Source of the DNA: Spirochaetia bacterium
Lineage (GTDB): Bacteria; Spirochaetota; Spirochaetia; DSM-2461
NCBI GenBank assembly: GCA_963668315.1
Contig: OY764216.1
Location: forward strand, 4,928,001 to 4,992,000
Length of the DNA: 64,000 bases
Reading direction: 5' to 3'
Shown here in pieces: positions 58,251 to 64,000 of the stretch. Numbering within the stretch: position 1 is the first letter of the stretch; each line of letters begins with the position of its first letter. Position numbers and translations under genes: made by a program. Under the pieces are notes generated by a model. That model made no database searches and was not told the origin of the DNA. It was given only the letters and a program-made list of their open reading frames with translations.

Positions 58251-59189
58251 TCACCCTTTTAAAATGCTCAGAGCCTTATCTTTAATCCCTTCCGGGTTAA
58301 TGTGGTAATAGTCGAATATTTCCGCCGAGCTGCCCTCCACGGGAATCTCATCGGGAATTCCCATAATCCGCATGGGTACGGGGTTTTCCTGAATGACAAT
58401 TTCCGCCACGGCCGCTCCCAGCCCGCCGAAAATGCTGTGCTCTTCCACCGTGACGATCCCTTTCGTCTCTTTCGCGGCCTTCACAATCGCCTCCCGGTCG
58501 ATCGGCTTGATCGTCGCCATATCCAGTACGCGGGCAGTGACATTTTCCTTTTCCAGCAGCTGCGCGGCACCCAGGGCCTTACTGACCGTTTCTCCTGCGG
58601 CGATTATCGTAATATCGCTGCCCTCGGAAAGGACATTGGCTTTTCCGTAGGTAAAACTGCCCGTGCTCTCTCCGTAGACATCTTCCACCGCCCCCCTGCC
58701 CATGCGGACATAGGCGGGATTATCGCTTTTCGTCAGCCATTCGGTTATCGCCTCGGCCTGAAACCTGTCGGAGGGAATGATAACATCCAGGCCGGGAAAA
58801 GTTCTCATGACAGCCATATCATGGAGAGACTGATGGGAAAACCCCAGGGCGCCGTAGCTGATGCCGCCGCTGATGCCGACGATCTTCACATTGGTATGGG
58901 TGTAAGCCACATCGACCTTAACCTGTTCCAGGCTCCGGGCGGAGAGAAAACAAGCCGGGGCGCAGACGAAAACCTTCTTGCCGAAAGTAGCCATGCCGGC
59001 TCCGATGCCGACCTCATTCTGTTCCGCGATACCCACTTCCACAAACTGTTCGGGAAGCTCCTCGGCGAACTGGTTCAGGGTTACCGAACCTCTGGCGTCG
59101 GAGGTGACCACCATGATGGAAGGATCTTTTTTCGCCAGTTCCGTTAATCTCCCGGTAAAGGCCTTTCTGCAGGGAATATTGTTACTCAT
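58251..59189 (-). CDS. aptB: Transketolase C-terminal subunit, probable apulose-4-phosphate transketolase B
   Basis: DARGS, GIAEQ, RSLEQVKVD, YGALG, TVEEH. Confidence 0.7.
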   Translation of the reverse strand: MSNNIPCRKAFTGRLTELAKKDPSIMVVTSDARGSVTLNQFAEELPEQFVEVGIAEQNEVGIGAGMATFGKKVFVCAPACFLSARSLEQVKVDVAYTHTNVKIVGISGGISYGALGFSHQSLHDMAVMRTFPGLDVIIPSDRFQAEAITEWLTKSDNPAYVRMGRGAVEDVYGESTGSFTYGKANVLSEGSDITIIAAGETVSKALGAAQLLEKENVTARVLDMATIKPIDREAIVKAAKETKGIVTVEEHSIFGGLGAAVAEIVIQENPVPMRIMGIPDEIPVEGSSAEIFDYYHINPEGIKDKALSILKG

Positions 59190-60018
59190 GACTTTCCCTC
59201 TCCTTCAAATAATTATCAATCTCGCCGATTGCCTGGGTGAACTGTTCCTCTGTGGGAACGCCGTGATGCCACTTGGCCTCGTCTTCCATATAGCTGACGC
59301 CCTTTCCCTTTGTCGTCTCGGCGATAACCATCATGGGCTTGCCCTTCTTCCTGGGGCTATTGAAAACCTCTATGAGAGCCGGGATGTCGTGTCCGTCCAC
59401 GCTCCTCACGTCCCATCCGAAGGCCGCCCATTTATCGGCGAGCCCTTCCAGCTTCATAACGTTTTCCGTATTCCCGCTGATCTGCAAATGGTTCCGGTCG
59501 ATTATGGCCGTCAGATTGTCCAGACCGAAATTCGGCCCGGCCATAGCGGCTTCCCAGACGGAGCCTTCCGCCTGTTCGCCGTCTCCCATGAGGCAATACA
59601 CTTTCACATCCATTTTGCTCTTCTTCGCCGCCAGAGCCATACCCACGGAGCAGGGAAGGCCGTGGCCCAGGGCTCCCGTATTCAGTTCCACGCCGGGGAC
59701 TTTTACAGAGGGATGACCGATCAGGCGGGATTTGAACGCGGAAAACTTCTTCAGCTCTTCCCTGGGGAAAAAACCCTTATCGGCCAGTATGCTGTAATAC
59801 CCTTCGACGCTGTGGCCCTTACTCAGCACAAATCGGTCTCGATTCGGATCTTTGGGATGGGCCGGATCGATCCGGAGGATATTGTAATATAGCACCGTCA
59901 GGATATCCACACTGGAGAGGGAGCCCCCCGTATGTCCGGTCCTGGCATTGTAGATGACATGCAGCAGATCTCTTCTGATTTCCGCCGCTTTTTTCGTTAG
60001 TAACGTCTCTTCATTCAT
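59182..60018 (-). CDS. aptA: Transketolase N-terminal subunit, probable apulose-4-phosphate transketolase A
   Basis: GHTGGSLS, RDRFVLSKGH, TGALGHGL, GDGE TPP motif. Confidence 0.7.
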   Translation of the reverse strand: MNEETLLTKKAAEIRRDLLHVIYNARTGHTGGSLSSVDILTVLYYNILRIDPAHPKDPNRDRFVLSKGHSVEGYYSILADKGFFPREELKKFSAFKSRLIGHPSVKVPGVELNTGALGHGLPCSVGMALAAKKSKMDVKVYCLMGDGEQAEGSVWEAAMAGPNFGLDNLTAIIDRNHLQISGNTENVMKLEGLADKWAAFGWDVRSVDGHDIPALIEVFNSPRKKGKPMMVIAETTKGKGVSYMEDEAKWHHGVPTEEQFTQAIGEIDNYLKERESHE

Positions 60019-60043
60019 GAATACAACCTTTCATTATCAGGAA

Positions 60044-61462
60044 TTACTTGAACACATCCAGGTCCCACCCGAGATACTGCTCCAGAGCTTCCTCGATGAT
60101 GTCCATGACTTCTCCCCTTACCATAGCGACATGGTGCTCGAAACCTTCCCGGCAGATATGGTCCATCGTCTCGTTAAGCCGGGGAATGCGGCAGACGACG
60201 ATACCCCCGTCCATGGCGTAGGGTTCCTTGACGAACTCCCCTTCTCCACCGTAGGCCTTGATCATGCCGAACCGGTCGTCCGTGGAGATCCGGAAATAGG
60301 TCATTTTCCCGGGAGCGACCATGCCTTTAATGGCGCCGAAACACTTCTCCTTTCCCAGGGTGTTTCCCAGTATATCCAGCTGGCCGATGGTCAGGGGATT
60401 GCCCATAAACTCGGCGGGATAATTGCTGCAGTGGGTGCAGACGCAGATTTCCCGTTCGTAATCGAAGTTATTGTTCCAGTCAAGGAAGCCGGGAGCCGAT
60501 TCGGCGGCGAGGCGCAGAACGTACATGGAAACGGCTCCCGCCACATCCATCTCGCAGGCCGAAGGATAGCCCGCCTCCCCCATCATGCTCATGGAAAGGC
60601 AGGCGGCGCAGCCGTAGTTATTCTCAAGGCTGTCCCAGCACTGAATGGCCGTGGCGTCCAGTTCGTTCTCTTCCACAAATTTGTCTATGGCCACGGAGAA
60701 CTTCCCATGGCGGAGAACCTGCTCATCGGGAATATGGCTCTCTATGGTGCCGTAGCCCGCGATACGGGAGAGCTTCTCTTTCACGGCGCCGTCTTCCGCC
60801 GTCAGCTTCTCCGCGGCGGAAAGGATCTCGGAAAGATCAACGGGAACGACGGTGATCCCCGCATCCTGCATCAGTTTTTCGCTGAAGCGGACCGTCTGAA
60901 ACGCAGCCGGCCGTGCACCGATGGCCCCGATACGCGCATTTTTAATCCCGTAGACGATACGGCAGACGGCGGCGAAGCGGTCCACATCGGCGCTGAACTC
61001 CTCGGAGAGAATATCGCAGGTATGATGGGTGGTGTTGGTAAAGGGAATACCGTACTGGTATAGGTTGTTGCAGACCGAGATTTTACCGCAGAAGGCATCC
61101 CTTCTGTGAAGAACATCCACCTTGTCGTTCTGATCGTTCGAAGCCTGCACCAGGATAGGAACATTCAGGTCGGCGATCTTGATGGTATTTATAACGCCGA
61201 TCTCGTCTCCGAAATTCGGAAGGACGACTAGGATGCCCTGAATTTCATCCCGATGTTCACGAAAAAGGCGGGCGCACTTTTTGGCGTCCTCATAGCCTTC
61301 AATAACTCCGGTGGGGGTCTCCTTCGCATCGAGAATAATCGGCTCTATGCCTTTTTTTTCCAGCAGGGCCAGGATATCCTTTCTTCCCGCCTGAGCCAGT
61401 TCGGGATTGAAAAATCCCCGGGTTCCCACGATGACGCCGAATGTTATTTTCTTCTTTTCCAT
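60044..61462 (-). CDS. L-fucose/L-arabinose isomerase family protein (probable apiose isomerase)
   Basis: NFGDE, RRDAFCGK, IQCW, CEMD, FEHHV; SD GAGG before ATG 61462. Confidence 0.75.
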   Translation of the reverse strand: MEKKKITFGVIVGTRGFFNPELAQAGRKDILALLEKKGIEPIILDAKETPTGVIEGYEDAKKCARLFREHRDEIQGILVVLPNFGDEIGVINTIKIADLNVPILVQASNDQNDKVDVLHRRDAFCGKISVCNNLYQYGIPFTNTTHHTCDILSEEFSADVDRFAAVCRIVYGIKNARIGAIGARPAAFQTVRFSEKLMQDAGITVVPVDLSEILSAAEKLTAEDGAVKEKLSRIAGYGTIESHIPDEQVLRHGKFSVAIDKFVEENELDATAIQCWDSLENNYGCAACLSMSMMGEAGYPSACEMDVAGAVSMYVLRLAAESAPGFLDWNNNFDYEREICVCTHCSNYPAEFMGNPLTIGQLDILGNTLGKEKCFGAIKGMVAPGKMTYFRISTDDRFGMIKAYGGEGEFVKEPYAMDGGIVVCRIPRLNETMDHICREGFEHHVAMVRGEVMDIIEEALEQYLGWDLDVFK

Positions 61463-61806
61463 AATTCCTACCTCTTTATCATTCTCACTGCCATAAACTC
61501 TTTCCCTTCCATTCACAATTTATAGGCAAATTTTAGTTTTCTTTACAAAAGATCCGGCAGATCTTTCTTTCAGTAACGATAATACTCCCATAAAACGGGG
61601 ATAGTCAACTTTTATTTTCGTTTACCTTTCTTTTATTATCGTTTTATAATTTAAAGTCATATAATAGAAAATCAAAAGATAAAGACTGATAATGCTCTTC
61701 CTGTTATGAACCGAATAGATTATTCTCCTACAGACAGGGATACATTAAAAACATATACTTATTATTGATCTGTTATGGAAAGAAATAATCATAAAGAGGG
61801 TAAATT

Positions 61807-62544
61807 ATGAATTCAAAAGAAAAATTTACTTCGAAAAGTGATATCTATGATAAATATCGACCGAAGTACTCAGAAAAATTTATTGATAGTATTATAGATA
61901 ATTATCCAATTTCTAATTTTACCCGCATTGCCGATATGGGAGCCGGAACGGGAATATTAACTCAGCAATTATTGAGGCTGGCATGTGAGATATATGCAAT
62001 TGAACCAAATAATGAAATGAGAAAAGTCGCAGAGGGCAAACTAGGAAAAGAAAGAAAATGTCATATCGTAAATGGTTCTGCAGAATGTACAACACTTGAC
62101 GATAAATCAATTGATATAGTTGTTGCAGCTCAAGCATTTCACTGGTTTGATAAGAATAATTTTAAAGAAGAATTTCAAAGAATTTCAAAAAACCAAAAAG
62201 CAATACTTGTATGGAACACAAAGAAAAAGGCTCAGTCATACCTTATTGAACTTGAAAAGGTGAATATTAAATATTGTAAGGACTTTAAGGGATTTAGTGG
62301 TGGTATAGCTATAGAACAGATAGCTGATTTTTTTGATAATAAATATGAAAAAAGTGTATTTGAGAATAATCTTAAATTGGATAAGGACAACTTCATAAAT
62401 GGGATTTTAACCGGATCTTATACTCCTAATAAAAATGACAAATACTATTACGAATATATTCATGAGATAGAAGAGATATATGACAGGCATTGTCAGAAAA
62501 ATGAATTAGAAATATTAAATGATACCATCGCGTATTTTAATTGA
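61807..62544 (+). CDS. Class I SAM-dependent methyltransferase (AT-rich)
   Basis: YDKYRPKY, ADMGAGTG, AIEPN, AQAFHWFD. Confidence 0.9.
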   Translation: MNSKEKFTSKSDIYDKYRPKYSEKFIDSIIDNYPISNFTRIADMGAGTGILTQQLLRLACEIYAIEPNNEMRKVAEGKLGKERKCHIVNGSAECTTLDDKSIDIVVAAQAFHWFDKNNFKEEFQRISKNQKAILVWNTKKKAQSYLIELEKVNIKYCKDFKGFSGGIAIEQIADFFDNKYEKSVFENNLKLDKDNFINGILTGSYTPNKNDKYYYEYIHEIEEIYDRHCQKNELEILNDTIAYFN

Positions 62545-62606
62545 AAAGCTATTGGACAAATTGTAGAATGAATAGCGCAAAAGCTTGACAAATAAAGGAA
62601 ATAAAA

Positions 62607-63551
62607 TTGGCAGAAGCAATAACGAAAATCATTCCCATCATCCTGCTCGTATCACTGGGCTATCTGATTCAGCGCCGTCACTGGGCCGACGACGACCAGA
62701 TGGAGAAAATCAAGTCGGGAATCATATTGCTGGCCCTGCCGGCCGTGCTTTTCATGACGTTCAAGGATATGGAACTCAGAAAGGAGCAGATGTTTATCAC
62801 GGTAGTGTTTTTCCTCATGCTCTGGCTTGTATACGCCGCGGGGAGACTGATCTCTTTTACCGTGAAAGACCACCGCGAACTGGTTCCGTTCATGTGTACG
62901 GGCATGGCATTCGGAGTACTGGGGATTCCCCTTTACGCCGCGGTTTACGGCATGGAAAATATCGGAGTAATCTCCATATTCGGAGTCGGTCATGAGTCTT
63001 TTGTATGGTTTGTCTATCTGACGCTTCTGAAAAAGAATTTCAATGGCGAGAGCTTCGGCAGGGGAACGATAGGCAACTTTTTCAAATCGCCGGTCATCCT
63101 CTCGATTCTCGCCGGCGTGGCCGTCAATCTTCTGGGACTGGGCGGCTTGTTCGAGCGGAACATTCTCCTCAAAGGGATATCCCTGACACTGGAATCCCTG
63201 GGAGGAGTAACCACCCCTCTGATTTTTATCGTCATCGGATACGGCATTCGCCTTGAAAAGGCCTATGTCTGGCCGGCGGCGAAACTGCTGGCCATCAGAT
63301 ACGCCGTCCTTTTCCCCGTTTCCTATATGGTTAAATTTCTCGTTCTTGACAGAATCGTCGGCGGTGTGACTCCCTTATACAATATGGCTTTCTTCACGTT
63401 CATGGTGCTCTCTCCTCCTTATATGTCCGCCATATTCATTGGCCAGTACAGCTCAAAGGAAAATACCTATATCGTCAACAATATCCTCGTTATGAGTACG
63501 GTAATGGCGGTGGCTATCATGAGCCTTACGGCCTTGATCGTAAAGGTATGA
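62607..63551 (+). CDS. AEC (auxin efflux carrier) family transporter
   Basis: IIPIILLVSLGY, LALPAVLF, LGIPL, FKSPVI; about 10 TM segments. Confidence 0.75.
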   Translation: MAEAITKIIPIILLVSLGYLIQRRHWADDDQMEKIKSGIILLALPAVLFMTFKDMELRKEQMFITVVFFLMLWLVYAAGRLISFTVKDHRELVPFMCTGMAFGVLGIPLYAAVYGMENIGVISIFGVGHESFVWFVYLTLLKKNFNGESFGRGTIGNFFKSPVILSILAGVAVNLLGLGGLFERNILLKGISLTLESLGGVTTPLIFIVIGYGIRLEKAYVWPAAKLLAIRYAVLFPVSYMVKFLVLDRIVGGVTPLYNMAFFTFMVLSPPYMSAIFIGQYSSKENTYIVNNILVMSTVMAVAIMSLTALIVKV

Positions 63552-63562
63552 TTTATATCCCA

Positions 63563-64000
63563 GATAGTGTCCAGACATGTTCGCAACTTTCCTTTCAAGA
63601 AGCCATCAAAATTCCCCATCAGGCAGCCTGACCTAATTTAATTCTTTGTTCATCTATCGATTTTTCACTGATATACCGTTTTCCCGAAGCCCAGTCTTCT
63701 GAGTATTCAATCAGGTAACAACAGACTAGTCTAAGGTAGGAGTCAATACTGGGAAAGATTCCCACAACACGAGATCGTCTACGGATTTCCCGATTCAATC
63801 GTTCCAGTTGATTGGTAGAAGCAGTTTTCCGGCTGTCTATTTCTGAGAATTCATAATACTGAAGAGAGTCTTCTAATCCGTCTTCAAGACAAGTCATGGA
63901 CTTCGGAAATTGTTCTTCAAATTCCTCTATAATTCGGTATGCATATTCACGGGCCGATTGGGAGTTCGGTTGATTCCAAATCTGCTTAATTCTGCCGGCA
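63563..64000 (-). mobile_element. IS256-family insertion sequence, one end only (truncated by window)
   Basis: Terminal-IR-like GATAGTGTCCAGACATGTTCGCAACTT at 63563; transposase C-terminus follows. Confidence 0.8.
63619..63999 (-). CDS. IS256 transposase, C-terminal part
   Basis: STNQLERLNREIRRRSRVVGIFPSIDSYLRL signature; frame open to the window end. Confidence 0.9.
   Translation of the reverse strand, partial: AGRIKQIWNQPNSQSAREYAYRIIEEFEEQFPKSMTCLEDGLEDSLQYYEFSEIDSRKTASTNQLERLNREIRRRSRVVGIFPSIDSYLRLVCCYLIEYSEDWASGKRYISEKSIDEQRIKLGQAA

Noticed and set aside
61560..61660. LacI-type operators upstream of the isomerase operon (AACGATAAT-like repeats)
   Set aside because: Weak symmetry in AT-rich DNA and no cognate regulator in the window.
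1..64000. CRISPR array, tRNA/rRNA, prophage or defence system
   Set aside because: No regularly spaced repeats, cloverleafs or recognisable phage, cas or defence proteins were seen by eye.

Overview
64-kb window of a bacterial chromosome. The host is most likely a free-living anaerobic spirochaete; this is inferred from the '...FANG/ASGGKE' solute-binding-protein signal peptides, the membrane-anchored AraC regulator and the many lipoproteins. The region is a dense accessory-metabolism patchwork. It holds: a tandem array of three FAD-dependent (flavocytochrome c/FrdA-superfamily) reductases, two of them lipoproteins with a C-terminal FMN-binding domain, plus TetR; two sugar ABC systems, one with GH43 and a six-hairpin glycosidase and one with Gfo/Idh/MocA and a TIM-barrel enzyme; fhs-ACT-UPF0210; a PadR-controlled 2-enoate reductase; a TRAP-DUF169-enolase locus; GH2 and a GH28-like protein; an ArsR metal(loid)-resistance-type module; a MarR/MFS efflux operon; a SET-domain gene with a long structured 5' leader; a probable D-apiose (apulose kinase/transketolase) operon; and an IS256 end at the right edge. 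No rRNA, tRNA or CRISPR array was seen. The main leads are the candidate novel cis-regulatory RNA upstream of the SET gene, the flavinylated extracytoplasmic reductase array, and the start-proximal poly-A frameshifts. All family calls come from motif recognition by eye, not database searches.
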